DNA of 63,941 nt, counting the filler, from Reticulomyxa filosa (Eukaryota; Protista; Foraminifera): assembly GCA_000512085.1 (NCBI GenBank). It is 15 parts of 15 records of this genome, joined end to end, with 100 filler letters (N's around TTAATTAATTAA, not from the genome) between each part and the next. Parts side by side here need not be neighbours in the genome. Positions count along the whole stretch, not along the records: positions 22,613 to 27,899 come from ASPP01002766.1; positions 28,000 to 30,068 come from ASPP01027427.1; positions 30,169 to 35,435 come from ASPP01019056.1; positions 35,536 to 37,061 come from ASPP01029476.1; positions 37,162 to 52,269 come from ASPP01008141.1; 10 more parts are not named here. One strand, written 5' to 3'. Each line of letters starts with the position of its first letter. Position 1 is the first letter of the stretch. The notes beneath the pieces are model-generated. The model did not search any database. It was not told the origin of the DNA and saw only the letters and a program-made list of their open reading frames with translations. Shown piece after piece: positions 26,478 to 38,870 of the stretch. The translations under genes and the position numbers were made by a program.

Positions 26478-27851
26478 TCATTCATATGCGTTTATTCCAA
26501 CATAGATTAAACCTTTTATTGAACCATAACATAAACTAACACAACAATTACTTGATTTTTGTTCATTGTTCTTTCTTTTCTTTTTCAATGATACAAATTT
26601 AAAACACATTATTCCTTCACCTTCTTTCTTATCTCCATTGAATATATATAATTCATTCTTATTTGATCGAACATCCCAAAATCGAATTGTATTATCATCC
26701 GATCCAGAACATATTACATTTGAATTACTACCAATTTCGATATTATCTACTATAAATGGTGAATATTCAACACATGTCACTGATTTGTATGTCCATTAAA
26801 TAATTGAATTTGTTTACTAGATCGAATATCCCATAAACGAATACTTTTATCCACTGATCCAGATAATATTATATTTAATAATTCATTTGATCCATATTTT
26901 ACACTCCTCACAAAATGTTCGTGTCCTTTAAATACATTTAATTCTTTGGTAGTTTCAATATCCAATATACAAATAGTTTTATCCCATGATTCAGAACAAA
27001 TTGTATATCCATTACCACCAATTGCACCAATACTATTACTTTTATTATCATTTTTATTATTGCTTTGTAATGGTGAAATATCAATACACCAACCACGAGT
27101 TCGTCCACTGAAAATATGTGATAAGTTAGATGTTTCAACATCCCATAAACAAATTGTTTTATCAGCTGATCCAGAACATAAATATCTACCACCATTAAAT
27201 GGTGAAAACACAATACAATTAATCCAGCTTGTATGCTTATTGAATATTTGTAATTGTTGATTATTTTTAACATCCCAAAAACGAATGGTAGTATCATCTG
27301 ATGAAGAACAAATAACATGACGATGATTATTATAATAATGATATGGCGAAAATTTTACACAACCTACAGCATTCGAATGTTCATTAAATGATTGAATTTG
27401 TTTATTATTCTCTATATCCCATACACGAACTGTATTATCAGATGATCCAGAATAAATGAATTGATTATTATCAAGTGTAGAATAATCAATACTCCATACC
27501 TTACTAGTATGTCCAGTGAGTGTACTGAATAATTTAGATGATGAAAGGAATGTGTCAAGCATAAGGATCGTACCTGCCTGTATTAAATTGTAATTATGAA
27601 CAATATCAACAAATAAATATTTGTTAATAAAAAAGACATAACATATTGTACAACAAGATTATCAAAATCATTGATCCATCCTAATTTAATTTTTAATGTT
27701 CGAATCCAATATTGAATAATTAATTGGATCTCTTTTTCTTTTGACTGTTTCAATCACAACAAAAATGATAATATACTCTATGAAAGATTGAAACGAAATT
27801 TACCAATGTTGAGTGCATTGAAGTTTGTTTTTCATTAGCATGAGTGGTCAT
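26478..27851 (-). pseudogene. WD40-repeat family gene (exons 27851-27804, 27744-27643, 27577-end) with frameshifts at about 26785 and 26500
   Basis: GH...WD repeats. GHTNQ* and TCVEYSP are in different frames. The C-terminal IYVG lacks the IxxWG* ending seen in the paralogues. Confidence 0.8.
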
Positions 27852-27999
27852 TCTTAATTTTTCTTTTTGAATTAGTCTTAAATGATGCCAGAGGAAAAAN
27901 NNNNNNNNNNNNNNNNNNNNNNNNNNNNNNNNNNNNNNNNNNNTTAATTAATTAANNNNNNNNNNNNNNNNNNNNNNNNNNNNNNNNNNNNNNNNNNNN

Positions 28000-28394
28000 C
28001 TTTTTGCATTGCGCCGATAATCGTAATTTGAAGATACAATAAAACTCACTTTCTTGGGTTGTTCACACAAATCAATTAACTTTTGTCTTATAGTCCTTGG
28101 ACTCATTTTTAATATTTCTTCATCACTAAGCATTACTGAAACAACCTGTTGTTCTACTTATGCCATTTTTTTTGTTCGCTAACACAGTGGGTGCCAAATG
28201 TAGGAGTGTCTACTGTAGATAGCTACACTAAATGTAATACGAAAAGGTTTTACTCGAATTGATAGTGGCTTTCAGTAAAACAAGGTAAATTAAATAACCA
28301 AAATGAATAACTCAATAAGTAAGAAGAAAACAAACAAGAAAAGTTCCTCAGTTCCATAAGGGTTCAGCCATGTATAATAAGGACTTGCTCTACA
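28000..28394 (-). mobile_element. 5' end of an LTR retrotransposon: LTR (28394-28199), PBS (28196-28183), start of a gag-like ORF
   Basis: TGTAGAG...CCTACA LTR homologous to 18418-18641. Two nt downstream is TGGCACCCACTGTG. Then ATG at 28166 (codon 3 is TAA), in frame with ORF 28133 to the contig end. The gag identity is inferred from position only. Confidence 0.8.
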
Positions 28395-30017
28395 CAAGTT
28401 TCATCATATGAATAATTTAAAGCGAATATGCGTTGATTGCAAAAAAAGTTCTCCTGCATAAATGGTACTTTTATGAAGAAGATGATAACATTAGTAATCA
28501 AAACACAAAGTTTGAAAGATTTATCTTTCAATGTGTGCTACGTGGCATTCAACATAGTAAATTCAAATGATTCTTTTGTCAACAATTTTTTGAAAGTAGA
28601 AAAGCTTTTTAATTATACAAAGCATACTGCGATTTTTCTTTAAAAAAGAGTATATAGAGCGGGCAAAGGATTTTTAAAAAACTGTAGTTGAACAGAGAAC
28701 TTTTTTAAAGTTTTTTTTTGTACTAACTGAAAACTTTTTTCTTAAAAAAAAAAGATGTTTCCAAATATTTTGGATAATGCTCTGAAGTGAAAATCTTACA
28801 GTTTTACGTCCAATACCTACCATAGATTGAGTATATAACCAAACAAAATTTAAAAATACTTTGGAAAATAGGAAAGAAAAAGGCTTGTTTTTGTTTCTAT
28901 TTTATTTTGACATTCAAGTAATTAAAATAAATTAAACAAAAATAAGCATTATTTTATTTCAATTACAAACTCAGCAAATACAATTTCAAAAAATTCAATT
29001 TTGGTTCATTGCCATAAATTACAATTATAAAAAATGACAAAAATTATCAAAGTCTAAAATGGAGTAGATTTTTTATTAGTGAATAAATATAATAAGCAAA
29101 TAAAACTTGTTTTGTTAAAAGATGTCAATTATAAACTCTTTTTTATTTTGCTGGTTTCATTGATTTTCAAATAAATGAATTTCATTTTAATCAAAACAGT
29201 TATTATGTATTTGCCTTGTTCCCCATCCAAAAAAAGTTTGATTTTTTATGAAACAAATATGAAAAAAGAACAAATTGCATTGATGTAGCCCATAAATTTA
29301 TTTGTTTTCCTTCCACGAAAGAATTCATTCTCTCGATTTCTTTTTGAATTAAACTTTTGAAATTGTTATTTCAATTATAATCGTAAAATAATTTAAATTA
29401 CAAGTTGTGTTTATCTGTCACTGCTTTGTCTTTTGAAATCAATAGATTTGCGTTTCTATTATAAATAGCCATTGCGATTAAATGATCAAAAGTTCTAGGA
29501 AATAAAATAGTTTTTTGAAGGTTTTTTTTCAATTTGATTTTGGTTGAAATCATAAAAAATACTACAATTTTTTTTGGTTTATCAATAAAAGACTTCCAAC
29601 AAAGGTACTTAGCTGACAGATTTGTAAGGTAAAAACTAGTCGACAAAAATTTTGTTTTTTGATAAATACAAATGTGTATAATTTGAAATGAAGCCAAATA
29701 ATCCTATAACAGTATTACCACTTTTTTTTTTAACAAGTTTTTTTTGGAGTAGATTTTTGAGACAATTTTTTTGCATTCATTTTTCTCTCAAGTCAATTTG
29801 GATACTTGCGAATTGGAATAGAATATAGAATACTTCTTTTATCTTTTTAGAAGCACAAAAAACATAATTTAAACATCCAATGTTATGAATAAAATGGTAA
29901 AAAAAAAGGAGGGAAATATAAATTATCATCATATATTTAATCAGATATCAAGTTGCGTGATAAAAAAATGTACTTATTTTAATTCACAAAAAGGTTTGAG
30001 TTAAACAACAAGATCAT

Positions 30018-30068
30018 TTATCTCCAAATACTAATAGGACCTTTGTTTGAACCAAAACATAAACTCAT
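30018..30068 (-). CDS. Last 17 codons of another WD40-family gene (rest lost at contig break)
   Basis: SLCFGSNKGPISIWR* matches LCYGSVKGPIRIWG* at 53731 and LFYGSYYGLIHVWG* at 44236. Confidence 0.75.
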   Translation of the reverse strand: MSLCFGSNKGPISIWR

Positions 30069-32808
30069 NNNNNNNNNNNNNNNNNNNNNNNNNNNNNNNN
30101 NNNNNNNNNNNNTTAATTAATTAANNNNNNNNNNNNNNNNNNNNNNNNNNNNNNNNNNNNNNNNNNNNTTATAGTAACTGCAATTGTAATTCTTTTTTTG
30201 TATCATAAACTGAATTCATCGAATATAGTATCGCATGGACTGAGACAAATTGGAATCGGCTGTAATAATTTCAAAACTTAAAATTATAATATATAAACTG
30301 TTTTTGTGAGAAAGTTTTAGTTTATCAACTGCTTGCAACGTCTTTTAGAAGCAATTGGCGAACGCCAGATGCAATAAAAACGACAAAATGACAATTTATA
30401 TGAAGGTATTAACATACATAAAGTTGTGCGGAAGTGTGGAAGATATAACTTCACATGACATATACACGTCGTATATGGTGCACGACAATTCAGGAATGGT
30501 ACATTGTCGATTTTGAAATCCTTCAACTCAAACTGAATACGACACACAAGACATAAGTAGTTTAATTTACAACAACAAAGACAAAGATAAAGATACTATT
30601 TCCAAAAGCGATTACGTTGAAGTCTTTGGTATGTAGAATGATCTATCTTTGAATTAATATAAACATAAACATATGATAAATAGGTCGATTGACCAATAGT
30701 AAAGATCGGAAATATGTGAATGGATTTGTAATACGAAAGTTGGAAGATCGAAATCATTAGTTGCTGCACATGTGTGAAGTAATTTATGCCAGCGAGAGAA
30801 ACAAGTTGGAAATGAAACGTCGAGCCAATCAATCTGAATATTAACGCATCTCTATTCAATTGGATGTTCATTCCGATACTTTCACTACCATTTCTTTTTT
30901 TGTGTTTTTTTTTTTTGTTTAGAAAAAAAGTTTGATTGGTTGCGAACTTGCTTTTTGTTCTTTGTGCAATAATGGTTTTGAGGGATTTAACAGGGACGAG
31001 ACGAAAAATAGAGTATATGAACTGAAGACGACGTCAATCAATAGAGTCACTCACATTAGCAGCAGACCGAGCCAGTCGAAAAAGAAACAAACAAATATGG
31101 CGATGTGACTGAAATAATGTCACAGCCAGACACAACCGACACTCAATCTTTTTTCACAAGATTTGGAAGCCAATCAATGCATTGATAGTGTCCAAAAAGA
31201 AATTTTGGCCAAAATTCAAATAATAAATTGACTGCGACCAGCCAAGGCATCTTTTATTCCATACTCCAACTTATGAGCAACCGCTTCACTTCCGAAAATA
31301 ACAATGAACTACAGATGCATTTGCAGCAATTAGTGGACATTGGTTACTTTTCAATACTGTTGATAATCAACATTTTAAATTTTGTCAATTTTAAACATAT
31401 CTAATTCTTTTTTTTTTGTTGCTGTTGTTTGTTGTTTATTCAGTCTTTACTGTAATTCTTAATGATTGGAAAATATCTTTTTTTAGAAGATTTAAAACAC
31501 TTGAAATTTATAACAATGTTATTGAACTAGTAAACACTTTTGACAAACAATGAAAGTATGATTGTTTCCAATTAAACATCTTTCTTGTTGACAAAAAAAG
31601 AAAAAGTTTGATTGAATAGATTCAGATCATATGACAATAAGTTATTTTTTCTATTGAATGAATTCTTTTTTGTTTTATTTGAAGACAAGACCGTTTTTCA
31701 ATATAAAAATACTAACTCCAGCTTAAAAAGACAAAACAAAAGAACAAAAAATTTTATATTCATATTTTGTATTTTTTTTTTTGCGTCAAACGCTCAGGCT
31801 ATGCTTTTGTCATGTGTTTGCTCATGCAATTCATTTCACTACACTTTGTCTCACATTTCAATGCTCGTTCGTTTTTCAGATATATTGAGAATAAACGATT
31901 TTTCTAGTGCAATTTATTGTGAAAATTAAAAAAAAACTTAAAAAAATTGAAAATGAAAAGGCTTGTGCTAGTTGACCGTTGATTCGCTTATTGGTTTGCT
32001 TGGCATAATTTTTTTTTTTTTCATTTTTTTTTTACTCCCGTTTTTATTTTTTTTATTTTTTGTAATAAGCTAGAAGTTGTAACGCATTACTTTTTTGTAA
32101 TACAATTAAAAAAAAAAAAATTCAAACCTCCATCCCGTCATTAGACCAAACGTAAAATAGTGGTCAAGTGAGAAACTGAGATAAAGTGAGATATGCTCTT
32201 TCCACCTACATGGACAGATTGTTAATGTCCAAAATCTCAAAATAATGGAAAAAAAGTGGGAACTGGAAAAGCGCAATCCAGATCACAGTGCAGAAACAGA
32301 ACCATTATGGTGATCGCCCCTGAGGCCATAACAAACGAAGAGCTCGCATGCTCAATAACAAAAAGACAAACATAAAAAAATACACATATTGTACCAACCT
32401 TTTTTTAAATTAATTTTTTTTGATTTCTCGAATTTTTTTTATTAAAGTTTTCATGCTTTAGAAAGACAAAAGAGTGTAATGGCTAGACCACAGCAGGATG
32501 AAGAGAGGCAGGATCTCATATCCTAGCACATATTGTGGTACTCACAATGAATGATGTGCCTTTTCACCTTTTGCTCTTATCTAGATTAAATTCTTTGTTA
32601 AGTTTTTGTCAAATTAATTATTGTTTATCCTAATCCATTAAATTGTGTTTACTATTATTAAGTGTAATGTATAATTCGTTTGACAATTTGTTTCTTTTTA
32701 TTTTTTTTTTTTTTTTCTATATGTCCTTTTTTTTGAATAATGCAGACAAACTGGTTTTTGCAAGTTTGGTCTAATATGCGCCTTGCGTTCAAAAAAAAAA
32801 AAAAAATT

Positions 32809-34333
32809 TCATTTTAATTTGCTCAAACGTTTTGTGATTGCTACTGTTTCTTCATGCCACGCCCCCAAAGCGATATTGTAAACGTCCATGCCTTTTCATA
32901 GTATTTAATTGCCATTTCTGTTTCCCCTTTTTCTTCAAAGGTTCCTCCAATGTACCAATTTAAGTCACCGACATTTCTGTTCAAATTTCCAAGCATTGTC
33001 TTGGTTATGTCAATTGCATGGTTATAAGACTCGATTGCTTTGTCATATTGTTTCATACGTCGAAAGATAGCACCTAAGGAGTTGTACGAATCAATGACAT
33101 GCTGATGATTAGTTCCAAAAAGACGCAATCTGATTTGGAGTGCCTTTTCAGAGTTCTCAAGTGCTTTGTCATATTGGGCTCTGTTGTAATATGTGATGCC
33201 AATATTGTCATATGAATGAGCGACCTGATAGTGATCAGGTCCATACATATCCTGTCTTATTTTCAACGACTGTTCGTAGCATTTCATGGCTTTTTCAAAA
33301 TTATCCATGGCATCGTAGACAGTGCCAATATTGTTATACGACCAAGCAACGTCCGCATAGCTAATTCCAAACACGTCCATTTTGATTTTCAAAGTCATGT
33401 TTTGAAACCTCTCGGACGTGTTGTCACATGGGATTTTTACGTCGACAAACGAGTCAGATACTTTGGAGTGAGTATTCCTAAGAAGACAATTTCTGATTTT
33501 TAATGCCCATTTGTAGGATTTGAGGGCTTTACGATATTTTCGTTTGCTGTCATACGTAAGTCCTAAGTTATGATACAATTGAGCGACTCCAGGATGATTC
33601 GTCCCAAAAGTCTTTTTTCTGACGTCCAATGCCTTTTCGTAGCAGACAATGGCATCACTATAGCGTCTTTTGCAATAGTACGCAAGTCCCAAATTGTGAT
33701 AGAAATCACCAAAGTAAGGGTGGTTAGGTTCAAATGTAATTGTGACAAGTTGCAAAGCTTGTTGCAAATGTAGAGCCGCTTCGTCGAAGCAACTCTTTTC
33801 TGTGCACTTTTCTGCACTGTCTCTGAGACTCTGTAATGTCAGAGGGGTGTCATGATGAGCTCGAGTATTCCATGGAACAGGTGGAACGGATATGCTCAAA
33901 GTGTCATCGATTTTCGTTCTTTGGTCACAAACAGTTGCATTGAAATGTTTACTTGTGCTTTACCTTGGAGCTCGCAGTTCACTGCATATACATTTCCATC
34001 AATACTTTCTCCATTGAATTCTATCTGCTTGCATTTCATCACGTGCAGCCAATAATCTCCAAATTCCCTTTTTTTTGTGCTAGTGTCTTTCATCGACGCA
34101 CCAAATCCATGCTTGCTTTTGTCCTTCTCTGACTCTAAGCTTCTTGTCCATTCAGGTGTGCTTTTGGCCACAACAATCAGCCCTTGCTCACTCTGCTTTA
34201 TCATCTCTTCGACTGTTCTCGCTGCTTCCACATGCGCGTCTTTCCAGTCTCTATTCCAATGTTTCTTAAAGTCTACATCTTTTTTGGTGATATCATCCTT
34301 TGATTGTGATTGTTCATTATTATCTGAAGCCAT
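32809..34333 (-). pseudogene. TPR protein (42-aa kinesin-light-chain-type repeats) with an uncharacterised N-terminal domain; two single-base frameshifts
   Basis: Repeats such as HPGVAQLYHNLGLTYDSKRKYRKALKSYKWALKIR. Adding one base at about 33918 joins ORF 34333-33896 to 33899-32841. Adding one at about 32886 gives VYNIALGAWHEETVAITKRLSKLK*. Confidence 0.8.
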
Positions 34334-34893
34334 CCCCCGAATTATCAGTTGAAATTTTGATAAAAAGCTCCTTATTTTTTTTTTTTTTTTGCAGAGAGAG
34401 GTGAGTAGTTAACGCTAAATAAGTGTTTTTGTAGTTAAAAAATAAGTAAATGAAAACTAAGGACGCTTCTTTGAACAGATTTTTTTTTTAAAAAAAACGG
34501 AGGAATATATTCAATTTGGAAGTACCATTTTCATAAACTTGATACTGACTACGGAGACGAGCAAATATTGGATTTTCTTTTATTATAGGGGGAAAAGGGG
34601 ACGGGGGGGGGTAGAAAAAGAAAAAAAAGCATTGTTTAAATGGGCAATGATAGCAAAAAACAAAAAATTGTGGAGCCAAACACACAAAAAGCTGGTTTGA
34701 AAAAGAAAGTTTTATTTGTTGTCTTTTGCTATGAAGGAAAAAAAGGATGTGCTGATATGATGGTCAATCGCAGAAAGCAGAAGGAAGAGGATGAAGAAGA
34801 AGAAGAAGGAAAATGAAGAGGAAAAAGGAGGAGGAGGAGGAGGAGAAGGAAAAAGAAAAAAAAAAAAAAATCTTTTTAAATCGATGTTTATTT

Positions 34894-35252
34894 TTAAACA
34901 ACAGCAAATTTTCCATAAGTCCCCACATTTCCGTGTTTGTGAGTACTTTGGTTTTTTCTCAGTTCATCGTTGAGCATTTGTTTCAATTCGCGGACAGCTA
35001 ATTCAGTGTCCCTTTCATCTCGACCGTCGATGATTAAATGTAGTTTGTCTTGGCCAGGTTTGGCGGATCTTCCAGGTGGGATGAACGCGCCTTTGGCAGT
35101 GATTTTGACATCGTAGTTTTCCAAGACATGTGCATAAGTATTTTTGGACATGATCCATCGCTGTATGCGTTCTGGGAAGTCGTTGATTTCCAGCACGACA
35201 GTGTGATACTTGCTAATGACAGAGCTGTTATTGGAATTGTTTGAATTGAGAC

Positions 35253-35283
<31 letters not shown>

Positions 35284-35354
35284 GCTATTGTTGTTATTGT
35301 TGTGGTTGTGGTTGTGGTTGTGGTTGTGGTTGTGGTTGTGGTTGTTGTTGTTGC

Positions 35355-35409
<55 letters not shown>

Positions 35410-35435
35410 GGTTGGAACCGAAGGGGTTTGAATTC
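34894..35435 (-). CDS. DDX46: DDX46/PRP5 RNA helicase, C-terminal KH-like domain preceded by a poly-Asn/His tract
   Basis: LEINDFP...ITAKGAFIPPG...KLHLIIDG...AVRELKQML...GKFAVV* matches the PRP5/DDX46 C-terminus. Confidence 0.8.
35253..35410. repeat. (GTT)n/(GTGGTT)n microsatellite encoding poly-N and (NH)n on the minus strand
   Basis: Directly visible. Confidence 0.95.
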
Positions 35436-35535
35436 NNNNNNNNNNNNNNNNNNNNNNNNNNNNNNNNNNNNNNNNNNNNTTAATTAATTAANNNNNNNNN
35501 NNNNNNNNNNNNNNNNNNNNNNNNNNNNNNNNNNN

Positions 35536-37061
35536 GATTTATCAACATATACTCCTTTATTAGATGCATTACAAAATACTTTTACTAGTAATAATGTAAG
35601 TGATTCATTAATAAATATAAAAGATGCTTCATTAATTTTATCTTCATCCACAATTAATAACCATCGCTTAATAGTTAATTCTCAAATAAGTAATATTCAA
35701 TTAAGTAATATTATTACTTATGGAAGTGATGTAATTTATTTAAATGACACTCGTTCTAGTACTTTTGGAACAAAATTAACTGCAACTAATTGTCAATTTA
35801 CATCGCAATGGAGTAATCTTGGTGTTAATATGAATGTACAATCTTATGATCAAATTATTTGGTCTTCCAGTAATTTCTCTAAAATTACTTTTTCTTTTGA
35901 AAGTGGCACTGATACCCATGCTTCCCTTGCTCATCAAGTTTACTTCTCTCAATGCACTTTTTCTTATTACCATTCACAAACCGCTTTGATAATCAATGTT
36001 CCTACCTACCATCCATGGTTATTTAACAGCTCGTTACATCTTTGTCATTTTCAACATTCTCTTAATCACTTCACTTCCAATCCACTGCTGTTGGTATCAA
36101 GTAGTAATCGAAATGTTGGTAAATTTGCCAAAGTTTCTCTTAGTAACTGTACTGTCTTGAATAACACGGACGTGCTTAGTATTTTGGAAAATTCGTCATA
36201 TGAAAATCCTCAAACAAGCACATATCCTCGAAATACGATGATTGAATTGAAAAACATGGATGTCGAGAGTGCAAAGGGAATTTTGTTGTATCATGTTTAC
36301 CCATGGGAAGCCGCAACGGACGTGCGTATTCACAACAGTAAGATATGGAACAATGCAATATCTGGTTCTGTTTCAGCTGCTCTAATTTCATTAGAAAGTT
36401 ATGATCACAGCGAATGTAAGCGCATGCCAAAGCCATCATTTGAATTTGTTTCGAGTGACACCATAAGTGCAGCCCACTTGATTGTTGAATCAACTTCGAT
36501 TAGCAAGTCTCAATTTGTCGATGGCATAATCAAAACTTATTGTGCAAGTTATCACATTTCCTATTCCACGTTTGATAGCAATGAAGTTGAGAATTTATGT
36601 CAAAAATAGGAATTACAAAAACCAAAAATAAAAGCCTTTATTTTTGCCTTTAACTTTTTTTGCTCAATAATTATAAAAACATGGCCGAATAGGACTCCCT
36701 GTTGGTGACTTCAATGAGTGACGGTGTGATAGAACGAAGCCAAATCTCAAAGCATTCCACAAGCACTGGCTGCATTTTATGCATGGATGACAGATCAAAC
36801 GTTTGGATTAGCCATGGGAAAATTGAACAAAATACAAACACCTTCATTAACGCTGCTGCAACAACAAATATCCGTTTGATGGACAGTGTTGTGCACAAAC
36901 ATACGTGGAACTTTTTGCTATTGAATACAAACAGACTCAATACAAATAATTTTACAACTTATTGGCAAAACGTATCTGTGCTGGCATCTCAAAGTGGAGT
37001 TATACCGAGCAAAGCTCTGATAACTTTGTCTGGCAGCAGATTGGGAATGACAAACACTTGG
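35536..37061 (+). CDS. Fragment of a large Ser/Asn/Thr-rich, probably extracellular beta-helix (pectin-lyase-like) protein
   Basis: Open frame from 35536 through ORF 35830-36609, a probable intron, then 36702-37061. Recurrent NC-x-F and S-x-F-x-x-N patterns. The fold assignment is inference. Confidence 0.5.
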
Positions 37062-37178
37062 NNNNNNNNNNNNNNNNNNNNNNNNNNNNNNNNNNNNNNN
37101 NNNNNTTAATTAATTAANNNNNNNNNNNNNNNNNNNNNNNNNNNNNNNNNNNNNNNNNNNNATATGTACATATACATA

Positions 37179-37212
<34 letters not shown>

Positions 37213-37229
37213 GTGCATATGTAATGTTC

Positions 37230-38455
37230 CAACAAATCAATAGAAACACAAATAAAATCACATGCGCACAAAAATAACATTCAAATCTTTTTGTTGCAAA
37301 ATGCTGCAACAGGTGATTGTGCAGATCGTAGGCAGACAAGATAGCAATCATCAAACAAAATCCTTCTTCGCTCACGTACTCCTCGCCACGGTATTTGACC
37401 ACGTATTTGAAAAGACTGTTAGTGTCACAGCACACAATTCTGTTTATGCTAATACGAACTACATATATATAATATATATATATATACATATGTATATATA
37501 TATGTATATGTAGTTCGTATGTTAAATTTAACGAATGGTTTAAGCCTTTCATTTGGATAAAATTGTTTTTCAAAGCGTCAAAAACTCCATCTTGACAGCG
37601 TTGGTAGTTTTTGTGTTGCGTCGATAGGAAAAGGCCAACAACAAATCGCTCAAGTTTAACCACACATGAAACAGACTGACATCGACCAACACTTGATCTG
37701 TTTCCTCGTCTCTTCTTTTTTTGGAAGATTCTCGATGTGATTCCTCTTCTTTTTGTTCTTTTCCGCGCTCATGTTCGTTACACTCTGCCATTGGCACTTC
37801 CGAAAATCTTCGCACGGACACTTGCAGGTCCTTGTTCTTGGTGTACACACGATCATACGCCGGATCTGACACTTTATTGACCGTCACTGTACCTTTGTAA
37901 TACCCTTCCAAAAAATTCCTTTTCACTTGAAAACTCGTTTTTGGTATTGCTTCCAGCTTGGGCAAAACGCTACTGAGACACGACTTTTTTAGCATTGATT
38001 GTTTGGTTGGGTGTGCAGGTATATGTATGTATGTGTGAGTCTCTTTTTTTAAAATAAATAAATAAGGATGGATTTTGTATATTTGTTGCTCTCAACTAAA
38101 GTATTGCTTGAACTCGAACAAGCATCTTCTTTTGAAAATACACCGTTCCACGAATTTGCCCCGTCAGGCAATTTTCGCCGTTTTGGACGAAAAGGGTGGG
38201 TGTTCATTGGAAGCAATGCATCTTCTGCTTCCTTTCGCTCTGTCTTTCCATTCATTCCATTTGCTTGCTCTCTTGTGGGCGAGTTGGAATCCGACATTGA
38301 GCTTCTTCTGTCTGGAGATCGGATACGCTTGCGTCTCCTCGCTTCAACAAACACAATATAAGTTTTGTCACTGTTCCTTTTGTTTCGGAACTGCTGAAAA
38401 TACCTCGAGCTGAAATGGTTGCAAATGCTGGAGACGCTTGAATTTCGAGTGACAT
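37230..38455 (-). CDS. Multi-exon unknown protein, 3' end truncated
   Basis: Consecutive minus-strand ORFs with coding-like composition (38354-38049, 37995-37570, 37663 onward) are separated by TA/TG-rich introns. No family recognised. Confidence 0.45.
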
Positions 38456-38870
38456 TGAATTAGTCCAGTTTAGTAAGCACGTGGAAATAAAATACAAAAT
38501 GGACAATACCAGACAAGAGCTCAGTAATTTTTTTGCACTAGCTGACTTCTAAACTGATTTTTTATTACTTTAGAAGGACAAAAAAAAAGTAATTTGGTGG
38601 TCAATTATATTTTCAAATAAAACATGAAAGTAAATTTCAAGTGAGAAGTCAACAGCTTGTGGGTTCTCTTGCAATTTTTAAGAAAAAACTGCACTATTTC
38701 TGTGAAAAGTTAACTTTTTATCATTTTGCTTTTTTTATTTATGCATCACATAAAGCAAACAAAGCAAAATCCAACAAATAAATTCAAATGACACTTTTGT
38801 TCCCTTACACCACCCTTTAACCGCAACACACCCAACATCGAAACAATGACCTCAATCCACTTCAAGTTCT

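Noticed and set aside
28158-28166. Reassigned stop codons (TAA/TAG as Gln) to explain in-frame stops
   Set aside because: Conserved genes here terminate at TAA, TAG and TGA at the expected positions. In-frame stops occur only in decayed elements.
18418-28394. The two LTRs as ends of one element
   Set aside because: They are on different contigs in opposite orientation, and the first already has its own TSD.
30200-31360. Coding-like segments on both strands
   Set aside because: Interrupted by stops and frameshifts with no recognisable family. Possibly old pseudogene debris but not supportable.
32160-32360. RNase P/MRP, U1 or U3 RNA (motifs TGGGAAC, AGTGCA, ACAGAACC)
   Set aside because: No P4 pseudoknot partner, no U1 5' ACTTACC and no box D. 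The motif order is inconsistent.
35210-35487. Poly-Leu, poly-Val and poly-Ile ORFs (also 21556-21780, 47411-47734, 61862-62290, 62038-62355)
   Set aside because: Alternative-frame or antisense readings of poly-Asn microsatellites.
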